From assembly GCA_010356995.1 (NCBI GenBank), contig ML996687.1:63803-127802 (forward strand): a stretch of 64,000 bases of DNA, in the 5' to 3' direction. Source of the DNA: Trichodelitschia bisporula. Lineage: Eukaryota. A model generated the notes under the pieces. It made no database searches. It worked only from the letters and a program-made list of their open reading frames with translations, and was not told the DNA's origin. Made by a program: the position numbers and the translations under genes. This document shows positions 48,348 to 61,246 of the stretch, in pieces. Position 1 is the stretch's first letter. The number at the start of each line of letters is the position of its first letter.

Positions 48348-49010
48348 TGTGGATGGGATAGCGGGAGAGTGAGGGTTGGGGGGAAGAGATGTTGAGATGT
48401 GGTTGTGTGGTTTATCGTGTGCTGCGGAGCTTGAAGACGTGGTGTTGAGCTGTGTTTTTGGGGGGGCCAATCAGAGGGCGAGACGTCATTCTGCTGCATT
48501 ACGAGTATGTAAGCGGGTTGCTTCGCCCTTTCGAGGGAGCCTGGAAGCATCTCGGGTTCTTTTACTATTTAGCCGTTAAGTCCTTGATGAATACTAATCG
48601 AGGGAATGTGTTGCCTACTTCACTTCATCCGGTCATTACTGTTGATTTCAAATGGACTGTTCACGTTAAGTAACACAGATTTTCAGGAAAGATGGGATCA
48701 CCCTACTGTCCGTCCTCTTCGACTAGTACGGAGCATTCTCAGCCTTTATATCTTTACGTGCCGCTGCTTCTCCTTTGGCCAGCACATTGAAGATTCTCAT
48801 AAACCACCCATCGAGCTCAAGACATCAGCGGACTGTCCCTCGAATCATGCTTCTAGCAGCCATACAATCGCTGGCAGGGCACCTCTCTCGCTGTCTCCGA
48901 CCTAGATACACGAATGACCATGCTTCTCCAGCTCATATTCAACAACCTCCACAAACCTAACAGACTCAACAGCCTCCCCAAGCTCCACAGCCCAGCGGCC
49001 AGGCCGTGTG

Positions 49011-49066
49011 CGAATCGACCCCCGAATCAGCCCACGAATCAGCCCACGAATCAGCCCACGAAGCAT
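49011..49066. repeat. 12-bp tandem repeat CGAATCAGCCCA (3 exact plus 2 degenerate copies)
   Basis: Direct reading; encodes WADS repeats on the minus strand. Confidence 0.9.
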
Positions 49067-49863
49067 CCATCCCCCAGGAATCCTCCACCATGTATTCGAA
49101 GTCTTCGTCCCATAGGATGTCACGAATCCGGAATCCAAGGCACGGTGGCTTAGGGCAAGGCGTGGAGAGATTGCTGTACTTGAAGCAAAGTAAATATGAG
49201 TCCTCGTACCTGGGCCTCGAAAAGGGGGAGCACTTGCCTGGCCAGTGGATGTGCCGTTGCCTGAAGTTTGACACCATGGCCAATCCGCCGGTATCGGAAA
49301 CGCCCTCCCGCACTTCTCAAGGGCATGGTGGCCACTCAGATATGATCTCGGTTTGAAAGGGTTCGGGCGATGTGCTTCGGTCGTGTGCTGCAATTCTCTA
49401 TCGGAGATACCAAAAAGTCGTCTGTTTTTCTAGGAGAAAGGAGTTGGGTGGGCTAGGCGGGTTTACTGAGTGAAGGGTAGCTTCATCCTCAAAGGAGGTG
49501 CGGCGGTAGAAGCCGAGAAATGGATTCATGTTCCAACCAGGCCAGTGTATAGCCCTGAACGTCCTGTTGCCAGTGTGCCATCGTGTCGACGCAGTCTTCA
49601 TCTACACGCATCCCATCAAGCAGTATTGATCAGAATTACTACATACTATATGTGCCTACTACCCTATAACCCCCCGCCGCCAGCCTCAACATCCACCAGC
49701 TCCAGACCGAGACTCCAGAAGACCATGATCCCCCGCCAAGCATCCAGCAAAATCATCAAAGAGCGCAAGCGGTATTGAAAGGACCGCCGCCCGAGGGTAT
49801 AGCTAAAATGCAACCGAATGCCCGAGAGCCATGAAACGAAAGTAAAGTCGAATTTTGTCTTGT

Positions 49864-50726
49864 CTACTGCGCGGCCGGTGCCGCTGCCGGTGCCGCGGCA
49901 GCAGGCCGCTGAGTACGGCGGCTCCTACAGGGGTTAGCATCTACTCCACAACGAAAATTTTGAAGCCAAACTCACATGAACGACCGGCTGAAGAAAGAGA
50001 TGAGAATCATGGGGAGCCACGACGGCATCTTCCCCATCGCCCACACGGCATATCCAACGGGCACGGACAGTCCGTACTGCGCCAGGAGACCGTCAAACGG
50101 CTGCCACACGCCTTCGTAAGTTGGCTTCTCCTTGATGCCGCCCTTGATCAGCGCGGTCACATCGGCCGTCGTCTCGTTGCCGAAGAACTGCACGTAGCGC
50201 GTGGGCACTCCCTTCGAGCCGGCAGCGGGGAGCGTGAAGTGGTAGAGGGAAGGCGGGGCCGCGGCCCAAGCATTACATAGCACAGTCTGTTCTTCGCAGT
50301 CGAGGACAGCGAAAGACGGCGCATAGGCCGTGGTTGCGAGACCAGCGACCGATTTCTGGAATATCAGTATTCATTCCCTGGCCCCGAAAAGGGAGTACCC
50401 ACATTCCAGGCATCCTCCACGTCGGTGCAGTGTCCAAAACACGTCTTATTCGAGCCCGTCACAAACACAACCCATTCCGACGACACAGCACCCGGCTGCA
50501 GCGTATCCTTCCAGTTTGTCAGGTTGATAGGATGCACAACGGCGGACGCGGCCTTTGATGCTGCGTTGTGCGTTGCATCGCTCGCAGCGGGGATGATGGA
50601 CGGGACGGCAGTGGGGATCAGGGCTGTAGCGGCGCTGAACCAGCCCTTGAGCTTATCGGCGAGGGGTACTTGGTCTTGTGCCACCGCGAGGGCGGGCAGC
50701 ACGGCGAGGAACGTTGTGGTGCGCAT
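49864..50726 (-). CDS. Secretory-pathway membrane protein with thioredoxin-like fold (inferred), 3 exons
   Basis: Signal peptide MRTTTFLAVLPALAVAQDQVP, INLTNWK, TCFGHC, DCEEQTVLCNAWAA, C-terminal hydrophobic PSWLPMILISFFSRSFM. Confidence 0.8.
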
Positions 50727-53700
50727 TTTTTTGATGGATTGAGGGGTGAGATGTGTGGTGATGGTGGTACGGGGAGCCTGGAAGGCGTGCTCGAGCCTCA
50801 CGGCTCCGGGGCAGACACGTAATCTATCGCGTAGTGCACGGACCAACCATGGCAACGTCAACAATCTGCGGTTTACGTCACTGGCAGACGACATGCGGAT
50901 TCGCACGTATCTGACTGTCTTTTTGAACACGAAGAGAGTTCTTGCTTTCATGGCTAGATATCATGTATCATCAGTTCAAACAGCGGCTCTTGAAGGTCTG
51001 GTAGATGCAATGAACGTCTTGATTAAGCTCAATGCTTGACATGCGCTAGAGAATCACCTGCCAGAATGCTGCGAGAACGAATATGCCCAAAGGTACGTAC
51101 TGAAAGGTACAGATCAGGCCAATGGCCATCAGAGCACCAGGCCAAGGCAACGAACTTGGATTCTGTCTTTTGGTCATATTTCGCCACTTCTCCGCCACCG
51201 ACGAACCACATCAGAAAAGGCCAATAAGCGGACTTGATTGCGAACCGAATCCGTAGCCTCGCATTTTTCAGCCGGCCTCTCAGTGCTTCACAGCTTCCTC
51301 TGCGCATCGACCACTATATCTTCTTCCTCGACATCCCATGTGCTGCCTTGTTACCTTCAAAACGTGTCTGGAGTCAATGGGAAGTAGCATGTCAAGGCAG
51401 GACTCAAGGCTGAGCAGCGCCTTGACGGGCGACGTGAGGTACTCGAACCCGTCATGATTCGGGCTTGTAGGCGACCTGTCACAACTTATGGGCGAACTAG
51501 TTCGTCAGCTTCAATCCGGCTGCTGAAGACGCGAGATCACCATCTGGCGGATTTTGAAGAGGTCCTGCAGAGGAGTCTTAAGATCCAGCAAGTTGGCGAT
51601 ACGCTGGAGGCTCAAGAGCTCGCGCATACTCCGTTCCCCTCATCACCGAGGTTGGTCTGCTTCTTCTGCTCTATATGCGCGTGAATCTTTTCGCGAATGC
51701 CCTTGGTCGCATTCGCATCCACAAAGTCGGTGAACTCCGAGGGGAGGGTGATAACGAGCTCACGCTATAGCAGTACCGTCAATCTTTTGTGCGGACAACA
51801 TGGTGGCAGTGGACTTTGATGTGCCTGGCGGAAGTGTTGAGAAGTGTTTCGGGAAACACAAAGTCGAAGTCGGAAGCCTCGAGGGGTTATTGCTATTGAT
51901 CACCTCTACAATATCCTCTGGAGCGTCAAGAATGATAGGATCCGTCACAAGATCTCCTACTGAAAGTCTTCGAAGTTCTTGTGTTGTACGCGCCAAATCG
52001 GCGTTCGTGGTCCCTATTGGTCGTCCCTTCGACTTGATCGTCTCTGGTTCTCTGACGCGGGAAACCGTACTGACAGGAAGTCAACGATGAAATCCCAGGT
52101 CTTTAAATGCCATCGAGCATCAAAGGCGGATGCTTGTAACGGTAGACTAGCGGAGGCTTTCGACGCTCGGCCATAGGGAATCCTCGACGAGGTCCATTAT
52201 GTGAACGACCAAGGTATCGGATAATGGAAAGGTAGTGCCAGGAAGACACCAGCGAAGCACCAGGACAGCCCATACTCGGGGGCCGTCCGGCGAGCAGGGC
52301 CGAATGTCCGCTTCTTCTTGTTGGGGGCGGCCGGTAGTCCCCTGAAGGCGGGCCCTTGCTCCTCTGTGACAAGGCGGACGTAGTCGAACTGCTGCGGTGC
52401 CGCTTCGACCGACCGAGCACTCACTCAAGATTCATTTGATCTGGTCCTCCAGGATCCATTCGGAAGGATATGCCGCAACCGCTTGTACTGATCGTAAGCC
52501 TGGTCCCACAGACCCCCGAATCGGATTGATCCGAGGTGCGAATGAAGGGGCACTTACAACTCCACACATCATCCTTGCAATCCAGCGTATCCATGAGTTC
52601 CTACCCAGCTCGCAACAACCGGAACTTCTTCTGTGGCGCCTTGAAAATAACTCTGATTGAGATCGAGCCTCCAAGGGCGAGGCCATGACCGACGTCTGTG
52701 CTGGGTTAACGGCATTCCTTCGATGGCGTTCAGGTGTGAAGCGAAGAAGGTGCCCCAACTGGGTCTGTTGGCTCTCGAATTGAGGCCTTGATGTTATCGA
52801 GGCTGCCACGACTCCTTGTCCGCCTCCGGGGAGCGAATTATTCTCACTGCATGTGTCTCCGGTATTCGGCAACCCGGCATTGACCGGCCGTACACAAGCA
52901 GTTGGAGAAGAGGGCCAGGTTCTTGTAGACAGGGTTGCCCGACGGAGAGCAGAAGGCACAGGATGGGCCAATCAGTCGGGTCAACCGTTGCTGACGTTGT
53001 TGTCAAGGACGTTCGCGGATCGGCCACGTCTATATTTCATATTAGTTTTGGTAACGTCTCACGGGGCGGGTGTGCTCAGACCCAGGAACGCGAGCCATGC
53101 TCCCTGTAGCCCTGCACGATGGAGATCCTGTTCTGAGATACGAACACTGGCCACCAACTTGCCTCGGTGATGCATTTCCGGGGACGGGAGCGCTTGAGTG
53201 TGTTGATAGATGCGTCCTGGCGCATATATACGACTGAATTTAGGAGCAAAACTTAAATGAATACACCCTCTCCGGCACGCGAGAGATATGGGAGGGCAAG
53301 ACTAGAAGGTGTGAGGTCAGAGTCCGCTTGAACGATATACGGATGTACAAGATATTGAATTTCCCAGGAAGTGGAAGGAATGGCACCGGGGCGCCAAATA
53401 TTACCAGTGGAAGGCTGATATATAGGGCCAGAACGGTGCATAGGGTGCTGCGATGAGGGTATTTAAAGACTGGTCCCGGATGTGGTGAGAAGTTTGTATG
53501 TTTGAAAGCCGGCTGCTGGGCGTATGCGACAAGGCTGAGTTCTTTGAACGGATTGTCGGATCGGTAACCCGCTTGCCATCTCCCGTCAACTCAATCAAGC
53601 TTGCATAAAAGCAATGAACTCCAGCCGGCACAAACTCGCCCCTATCCGTACCAAACACCAGCAAGTAAACAGGCCCTCCTGTTCGCGTGCACTCACCTCG

Positions 53701-53762
53701 TCCTGGTTTTACCCATTCTCTGTATGTATTTTGTTTTTGGACACTTCAGGGCATCCAAGTGA

Positions 53763-53852
53763 CTGACCTTAGTCTAGTTGGTTATGGCGTCCGGCTGTAA
53801 TGGTATCACCTTGTAAACCGGAAAGTCCCCAGTTCGATTCTGGGAGGTCAGA
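53763..53852 (+). tRNA. tRNA-Tyr (GTA) with ~16-nt intron (53801-53816)
   Basis: Acceptor stem CTGACCT/AGGTCAG+A; D-loop AGTTGG; anticodon arm TCCGG-CTGTAA..A-CCGGA; T-arm CCCAG-TTCGATT-CTGGG; downstream T-runs (Pol III terminator). Confidence 0.93.
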
Positions 53853-54771
53853 GGATTTTCTTTTTTGCCTTTTTTTTGGCCCACAAAGGGAGTTCCTGGA
53901 GGAACCGTGTCACGGTATATGCGATGGTTTAAAGACGAGGCTGTCGGGAAGTCTGACGGTCGGAGTGTGTTTCTCAAGGGTTCATGAAAAATGCTGTGGA
54001 CTCAACTGCTGCGCTAGAACTTTTTTAACGAGCACGACACAGACCTGATACCAAATCCAGCTTGAGGTTATCAGATGTAGTCCCATCTCAACGTCATTGT
54101 GACACAACAATCCTCCCGCTCCACAGTCCGCAGTCCGCAGTCGTGTCACCTCTCCCGCATCCCATCCACAAGAATGTTCCCTCACGTCTCACTTAATCCT
54201 TCCTCTGATCGTCTTCATCTCTCACCAGCACATGGGTCCATAGCCTTGGCAAATGTCAAGCAATCAAGCATCACGGCCGCCCGCCGTCGAAATAAAGTTA
54301 CCATCTGACTCGGGTCGGGCACTCGGGGACCTAGGCCGTGCGGTTCAGGGCCCAACCCCGCACTGCCCCCACAGTACAGCACGACCACACTTCCCTCACA
54401 TCGGTACGTAGCACTTCAAAGACGAGATTCAATCAAACTCCAGCCTATGTACTCCAAGCCCCATGTGCAAAGTGTTTCCTCTTCCAAAACACGCGAACCA
54501 ACGATCGTGGGGGTATATGAACAGGGCGGACTGAAACAAGAAAAGGCGGGAGAGCTCCACTCCCCAACACCGCATTAAAACAACCGTACATCTCGCCATC
54601 TCACCCGGCTTGCAAGCGCAAAAAAAAGGGTAGGCAAAACGGCTCCTCCAGGTCATGACTGCGGACAACGTGGCTCTCGTTCGTCCTCCCAATGCAATCC
54701 CCAAACAGGCCCAACCACAGGCTAGGCAGGCGCCAACAACGCAACACCGGGAAATGCAAAGGAACCCATCT

Positions 54772-55387
54772 CTACTCGCTGTCTTCGGAGCTTGAGTCTT
54801 CGGAGGAATCTTCCTCCTCTTCGTCGTCGTCGTCGTCCTCTTCTTCTTCTTCTTCGTCCTCCTCTTCCTCCTGCTCGTCCGCCAACACCCGCCTCCGCAC
54901 CGGCCGCGGCCGATGCACAAGAACGTACTCGTGGCTGCTCACCGTCGAAACGGGCGTGGCGCTACCCTCGCTGCTTGCGCTGCCGGCACCGCTCGTCGCA
55001 CTGGCGCTTCCACAGCGCGGCGTACGTTCGCCGGTTAGGTTCTCCAGGGTGGTGGCGCGCGCGGTTTCGGTCTCGAAGAGCTTATCAAGCGGAATAGTAG
55101 ATGCAGGCTTTTCCTCCTCATCAGATTCGCTCTCGCTGTCCGATTCCGGAGCGTCTTCGGGTGTCGACTCCTTCAGGATGGTTTTAGTATCGCGAAGGCG
55201 AGCTTGCAGCTCGAGGAGCTCGCGCGATTGGATGAAGACGGATTGGCGCCTGAGGGGTTAGCAGCTGCGACGAAAAGACGAGAAGACCGGCCACGTACTT
55301 GCGCTCGACCGTCTGCACGAGATTGTCAAGCCCGTTGTCGATCTTGAAGACATCATCTAGCTGGGCGGAGAAGCGCTGGGCCATCAT
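54772..55387 (-). CDS. Small hypothetical protein with coiled coil and acidic tail, 2 exons
   Basis: MMAQRFSAQLDDVFKID..VERK|RQSVFIQSRELLELQARL across a GTACGT..CTAAC..CAG intron; Asp/Glu-rich C-terminus. Confidence 0.8.
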
Positions 55388-56623
55388 GCTGGGCGAGTGA
55401 GTATGGAACGAGGTTGCGGGGAGAGAGAGGAATACGACTGAACACGTCTGTGGCCGCCCCGCCACCGGCCCGGGACTTCTGCCATGTTTTATGTAGACGG
55501 TGCTGCTGCTTGCGGTGCCAAATTACGGGCGCGCTGAGGCGGATATGCGGATTGATAAGGCAGAAGGCTGCCTGGGATTGCGATGAGGGCCGGGATGAGG
55601 CAGACCGGGAGTGCGGTGAAGGGTAGGATGTGGGACAGGGAAGCACCCAGGGTTGCGCTCTTGGGGCTGGAGCGGTATTAATGCGGGAGGAGATGTGGCA
55701 AGGTATCCAGAATAGGGGAGAAAGGGAGCTCGCGGAGCTGGGTTGAGGGCGAGGATAGGGCGGATTTTTCGGGGTTCGTGGAGAGGGTTGACGGGCAGAG
55801 TCGAGGTTGAATTGGACGAGCCACGAGATGCAGCGCTGTTCGTCTTGTGTGTGGAGGAGACGAAACTGGAAGGGGCCTGTGGAGAAGAGGAAGGGCTGAG
55901 GCCGGAGATTGGCCCCTGCTTTTGAGTGGAGTTGAAGACGTTTACCGTGTGGCTTTGCTTTTTGGCTTGCTTGGCTATAATGCTTAGGATGGCGCGAGGC
56001 TGTCGTGAATATTGGATCGGAAGAGGGAGAAATGCGAACTGAAGAATGCTGGTGAAGGAATGGGAAGCGAAGGCTGGAGGAGACAGGGCACCGAGATAGA
56101 GGCAGCACCAGAGGGCAGAATGAACAGTTATCTCTCCTTTATGTCTTCTCCTTGGTGTGAATCTCCCCGCAAATAACCGAGCGATATCTCTCCGTCTTTC
56201 CCTCGAATCCTAATTGCTCAATAGACCCTAGCCGTAGCTCCATCTCCCATCCCCTATTCCTTCCAGCCAGTCATTGTCTACGAACCCCTACCCCCCAGAC
56301 TTGGCGATGACACCTTGCTGCCCGAAGCTGGTGCCTGAGACGCGAGCTGAATTGCTGCCTGATCAAAGAATCTATGCCTAAGGCACAAATTCGCTCGTTC
56401 CCAAAAATTGTCACATCAACGACTTCGGCATCTTCAACCCATCGCAACTCCCCCCTCACCCCATCAACAATCCATCAGCTCTCATCAGCTTTCAGCCGTA
56501 TACCCTCCTTTCAAAGCTTCGGCCCACCCACAATGCCCTAGAACCCACCCCGTGCCAACCGCAGCTCTGGCGTTCCTGGTTCCTTCTGTCCGCGTCTCCG
56601 CCCTTCGCGCCCTCCACTGGGCC

Positions 56624-59335
56624 ATGACCGCCTACACGCCGCTGGAAGCACTATTGCTCTTCCAGTATCTCTCGACATATGGCGTGTCAACGGCCGTATT
56701 TACCAAGATATCGGACTTGCTCAAGAATGATGTGCTCATCCGCCAGGGCTCGACGTTTGATCTGGGTCGCTTGAGTCCCGATTCCCTTCGCGACTTCTTC
56801 GCGCGTCTGCTCAAGGATGAGGCGCGCAGCGAGAATGCCGCGCCCCATGATACGAAGGACGACTCGCGTAAACGCAAGGCTCCGTCGCCTAGTCTGCCGT
56901 CCATTCAGGACGCCATTAATAACCAGCACCTCATTCCGCAGCTCGTCGTCAAATTGTACGCGCGTTACCGCGAGCACGCCGTGATCGAGATCCGAGAGGA
57001 TGAGCGTCGGTTCGAGATACTGCAGGCCGAGGTGCGGGAGATTGCGAGCGGCTTGTGGGATGAGCGACTGCAGCGTGAAATTGAGCGCGGGGTTTGGGAT
57101 GAGGTGGTCAAGCGCGTGGAGCCGCAGGATACCGTCATGACGGATGCGCCGCCGGTCCCGTCACCCAGGAAGCCCGAGGAAGAGACTCCGGCGCAGACGC
57201 CTGTACAGCCTATACAGCAAGCGGCGCAGCAGGCGGGACCTCAGCCCGTACAGCAGCCCGTTCCGTCTACCATACCTGTCGCTGTTCCGTCTACCATCCC
57301 TGTCGCTGTTCCCTCGCCCGCGCCCATACCAGCGACACCAACAACACCAGCTCCTGAGCCTCTACAGGCTCCACCTGCATCTCCTCGCCATCTCATTTCT
57401 CAGCCGGCCACCTCGCCATACCGGACGACCACTCCCGCCATCCCTCAGGTGCGCCAGTCTCCATATGCCCAACCCACACCCCCTCCCGTGAACACGACTC
57501 CGCGTCCACAGAGCATCCAGCCTGCGGGTCGACCGACCCCATCTCCTGGAATGCCTCCTCCTCCCGTCCCTTCAGTCCAAGGCGTTCAGTTCCAACCGCA
57601 TCCCTATCAGTATCCTAGCCCGCACGCGGGACGCTCAGCACCTCAATCTCCATTTACTCCCCAGCAGCCGCCTACAGCACCCCCTCCATATGCTTTCGTA
57701 CCACATCCGAGCTACACCACACCGCAAGGCCATCCCGTGGCTCCCCAGCCATACTCTCGCGGCGGCGGCGTTATGCTACAGCCTTTCCAAGTCACGCCGC
57801 AACAACCCATCGTGGCGAGGCCGCCACAAGCTATTCAGCCTCAGCCCCAGGCCCAGCCTATCCAACCACAGCCACAACATATCCAACCCCATCCCCAAGT
57901 CCAAGTGCAGCTTCCAGCCCAGCAAGCGCCACCCCGCATGCCGCCTCAGATCCTGCCGCACCCAGTGGAAGCCCCTCGGCCGCGCGTCCCCGTTCAGTTC
58001 AATCTGCAGGACATCGTGGCCCTCCTCACCGCCCAGAAACCAGGCACACCTGCTCTTCGCCGCATCCCCTTCACGCGCTGGCACTCCGCGCCGCCCACAC
58101 TGACCCCCGTGCAGCGTCCTGCGCCTGGTCACGCTCGGGCTCGCAGCGTCAGCCCGATCACCCCGCCCCCGCGCCCCACTCCCGCGAAGGCCCCTGCAAA
58201 AATTCATACGCCGGCGTCTCCGGAAGTCCGCCCCAGCGCCAGCCAGCCACCGAGCTCAGCCGAGAAAGCAGCACCCGCGAAGCGCGGCGGGCGTGGACGG
58301 GGCCGTGGCCGCGGCAGAGGCAAGGATGAGGCACATGCGCCGCCGCCTGAAATTGCGGCGCCTCCGCCGGTCGTTACCCGTGGGAGAGGTCGTGGACGAG
58401 GACGGGGACGTGGCCGTGGGGCTAGTACCACTGTTAGCGTGCCGGTGGGCGAGCCGCTCGTTGCTGAGCCGGTGAGGCAGACGCGGACGCGTAGCCGGAG
58501 TGTGCGGGCGCGGAGTCAGAGCGTCATGTCGGTGGATGCGGTGATGAAGGAGGAACGCGCGGAAGAAGCCGCACCAGAAGCGGAAGCGGAAGTACCGGCG
58601 AAGACGAAAGGCACGAAGCGCAAGCGCGGCCGGGCTGCGAGCGAAGCCAGCGAAACACGCGAAGCCCCCACCGCCGTCCCCACCGCCTCCGCCGAAACCG
58701 AGCCCACCGGCCCCCCAACCAAAAAGCCCAACAACGTGCTCATAATGCGCAACTTCCCGCGCCTCAGCAACCCAGTCATGAACGACATCCTGTCCCACAA
58801 ACACGCGAGCCTCTTCAGCAACCCCGTGCGCGAGCGCGACGCCGAAGGATACCGGGACATGATCCGGCGGCCGCAGGACCTGAAAAGCATCAAAGCGGCA
58901 ATCAACGCGGGCGCTAGAGCGGCTCTACAAATCCTGAACGATGCGGCGGCGGAGCAGGCAGGCCCCGAAGGAGCCCCGGGGCGGGTGGAGAGGTATGAGG
59001 CGTTGATTCGCTCGGGGGCGGGGTTTGGCGTAGGCGGGCCGATGCTGAGTATGCCTGCTACGCCGGAGTTGGTCCCGCCGCTTGGGATTGTGAATTCGGC
59101 GCAGATGGAACGGGAATTGATGAGGATGTTTGCGAATGCGGTTATGTTTAATCCTGGGGAGGAGGATGTGGTGCGTGATGCGAGGGAGATGTTTGAGAGT
59201 GTGTCGGTGGCGATGGGGAGTGTGAGGAGTGTGGAACGGGGGGGCACGCCGGGGCTTGCTGCTGGGGCTGGGGGGGTGGGTGCGAGTGAGGGGGAGGAGA
59301 GTGAGGTTATGGGGAGGCGCAAGAAGGGTGGTTAG
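56624..59335 (+). CDS. Bromodomain protein, BRD8-like (NuA4/SWR1-associated, inferred)
   Basis: N-terminal YTPLEALLLFQYL, Pro/Gln-rich middle, RG repeats, bromodomain with insertion HKHASLFSNPV..Y..IRRPQDLKSIK..MRMFANAVMFN. Confidence 0.88.
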   Translation: MTAYTPLEALLLFQYLSTYGVSTAVFTKISDLLKNDVLIRQGSTFDLGRLSPDSLRDFFARLLKDEARSENAAPHDTKDDSRKRKAPSPSLPSIQDAINNQHLIPQLVVKLYARYREHAVIEIREDERRFEILQAEVREIASGLWDERLQREIERGVWDEVVKRVEPQDTVMTDAPPVPSPRKPEEETPAQTPVQPIQQAAQQAGPQPVQQPVPSTIPVAVPSTIPVAVPSPAPIPATPTTPAPEPLQAPPASPRHLISQPATSPYRTTTPAIPQVRQSPYAQPTPPPVNTTPRPQSIQPAGRPTPSPGMPPPPVPSVQGVQFQPHPYQYPSPHAGRSAPQSPFTPQQPPTAPPPYAFVPHPSYTTPQGHPVAPQPYSRGGGVMLQPFQVTPQQPIVARPPQAIQPQPQAQPIQPQPQHIQPHPQVQVQLPAQQAPPRMPPQILPHPVEAPRPRVPVQFNLQDIVALLTAQKPGTPALRRIPFTRWHSAPPTLTPVQRPAPGHARARSVSPITPPPRPTPAKAPAKIHTPASPEVRPSASQPPSSAEKAAPAKRGGRGRGRGRGRGKDEAHAPPPEIAAPPPVVTRGRGRGRGRGRGRGASTTVSVPVGEPLVAEPVRQTRTRSRSVRARSQSVMSVDAVMKEERAEEAAPEAEAEVPAKTKGTKRKRGRAASEASETREAPTAVPTASAETEPTGPPTKKPNNVLIMRNFPRLSNPVMNDILSHKHASLFSNPVRERDAEGYRDMIRRPQDLKSIKAAINAGARAALQILNDAAAEQAGPEGAPGRVERYEALIRSGAGFGVGGPMLSMPATPELVPPLGIVNSAQMERELMRMFANAVMFNPGEEDVVRDAREMFESVSVAMGSVRSVERGGTPGLAAGAGGVGASEGEESEVMGRRKKGG

Positions 59336-60086
59336 TGGCCACCTTTGCGGAGGAGTATTGGGGAGTTGTGGGGGTGAGGAGAATGGATAGCTTGTCTGAA
59401 TCCCTTGTTGTGATAGGCGATATAGGTTGCAAGTCAACTGCGGTAGTCCTCAGCGTTCCGCCTGTTGGGTCCTATCCTCACTGTCGATGTATTCAACGAC
59501 TTGGAAGGCAACTATCCACCTGGTATCGTTTCGAATTCGGTGCTCGATGAACGGGCTATCGCTCTTCTTCAAGTGCTCACTGCCGGCGCGCTTACTGTAA
59601 CTCCAACCACAATTAGTATTATCACCATCGCCACCTCGGCACCATCGCCAAAAGCTCAACCACGATCCTGACTTCAAAGTGCACGCATGCATTTCCTACC
59701 TTACCGTCCCTCCACATGCTGTGTTCATGTCGTCCTCTATGTAATATCCATGTGCCATCCTTCCCTCGTACACACCTCGGACCTGCCTCACCCCATTCAG
59801 CAGCTGCTCATCTTCCCTAGCACCTCCCTCCGCAAAAGCTGACTGTCAGACATATTTCCTCGCGCTTTCTTATGTACACAAGCCAGGAGCATCGCTATGC
59901 TGGGAGGAGCATGTTACTCTCGAGAAGGCGCACGATGTAATATGCTCACGATGGAGGGAAGGAGCCCATCGGAGGATACTGGGCATCAACAGTGTATTTA
60001 GTCTCAAGCGTCTATGACTCTCTGCTCTTCTTCGTCTTTCATCGACACCTCACTCCGTACCCCCCCCCGATGCTTCCATTGCAGAC

Positions 60087-60300
60087 TCTCTGTGCTCATC
60101 CTCCATCCTGTCCGCTTCTCATGTCTCTGCTTCCGTTACCGACCCGACGTGCTTAACCTCCATCCTCTCCGCTTCTCATGTCTCCGCTTCCATCGCCAAC
60201 CCTCTGTGCTCAACCTCCATTATCTCCTCTTTCCATGCCTCACTATTCTCTCTGTGCTCACTCTCCATCATCTCCTCTCTCCATGCCTCACCATTCTCCC
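60087..60300. repeat. Degenerate pyrimidine-rich tandem repeat, periods 57/57/48 bp
   Basis: GTGCT..CTCCAT anchors at 60092, 60149, 60206, 60254. Confidence 0.8.
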
Positions 60301-61246
60301 TTCCCTTCCATTCAGCATACACCAGACACGATAAGCAGCTCGCCACCGCCAACCGCCCGTCCCAGCTCCAGCACAATAATCAATACAGCTCCAACAAAGA
60401 GACCTTCCCGAGGGCGAACATTTGTCCTGGCTGGACAGCAAATGGCCTAGAGGGATATGTAAGTTGCCCCCGAGGGACTTGATTTATGTCTCCATGCCTG
60501 CACGTTTAAGTCTACTGCCTCACCATGTCGTTCGACCTTGATCCTGCGGGCAATATCAAATCAAGGGGGGATCTTGCAGGTTCCGGAGGTGGCTCCGGGA
60601 GAGGTCTTCGTTCCCTCAGCGTGTGGCTTTTGCTTCGGTGCCACCATTGTATTGCCGCGACGCGCATGATTCCGTACGTGCACCCTTGTAGCCCTTCCTC
60701 GCGACTGGTGTGAAGGGAGGGCCAGAGGGACATTAAGTAGTTCAGCTAGAATTCAATTCATACCTCCTCACCTCGCGATGATTTGAACCTCAACTGACCT
60801 TCGACCATCAGCTCAAAAGACAGTCTTCATCTCACGTAATCTCTGCGGCAACTCTACACGGCCTCCCTCTCCTTTCCCCACTTATACGTTGCGTATCCCC
60901 CAGCCAACACTTCAGCCTCATCCCGTCCCCGCCAAGCGCGCCACAAACACAACGGCTCCACATAGCGCTCGCCTCGCACGGCCCGGCCCGCGACCAGGCT
61001 TCCCAACACGGTAAGCCCCTGACGATCGCGCGCATCGCTCTTAAAGCGGCTGAAGGATGCATTCCGGAGCCGCTGTCATACTGAACCCTTTGTCGATCAT
61101 CCCGGAGCTTCTTCCTTAACATCTGGCGGCGAGAACACTTGAATCAGGTCACTTGCATCACTTCGACTTCTCAGACCTGTTTATCGACGAAAGCTCATTC
61201 GCAAAGCTCGCTCGCTCGCTCGCTCGCAAACTCGCTCTCGCCCGCC

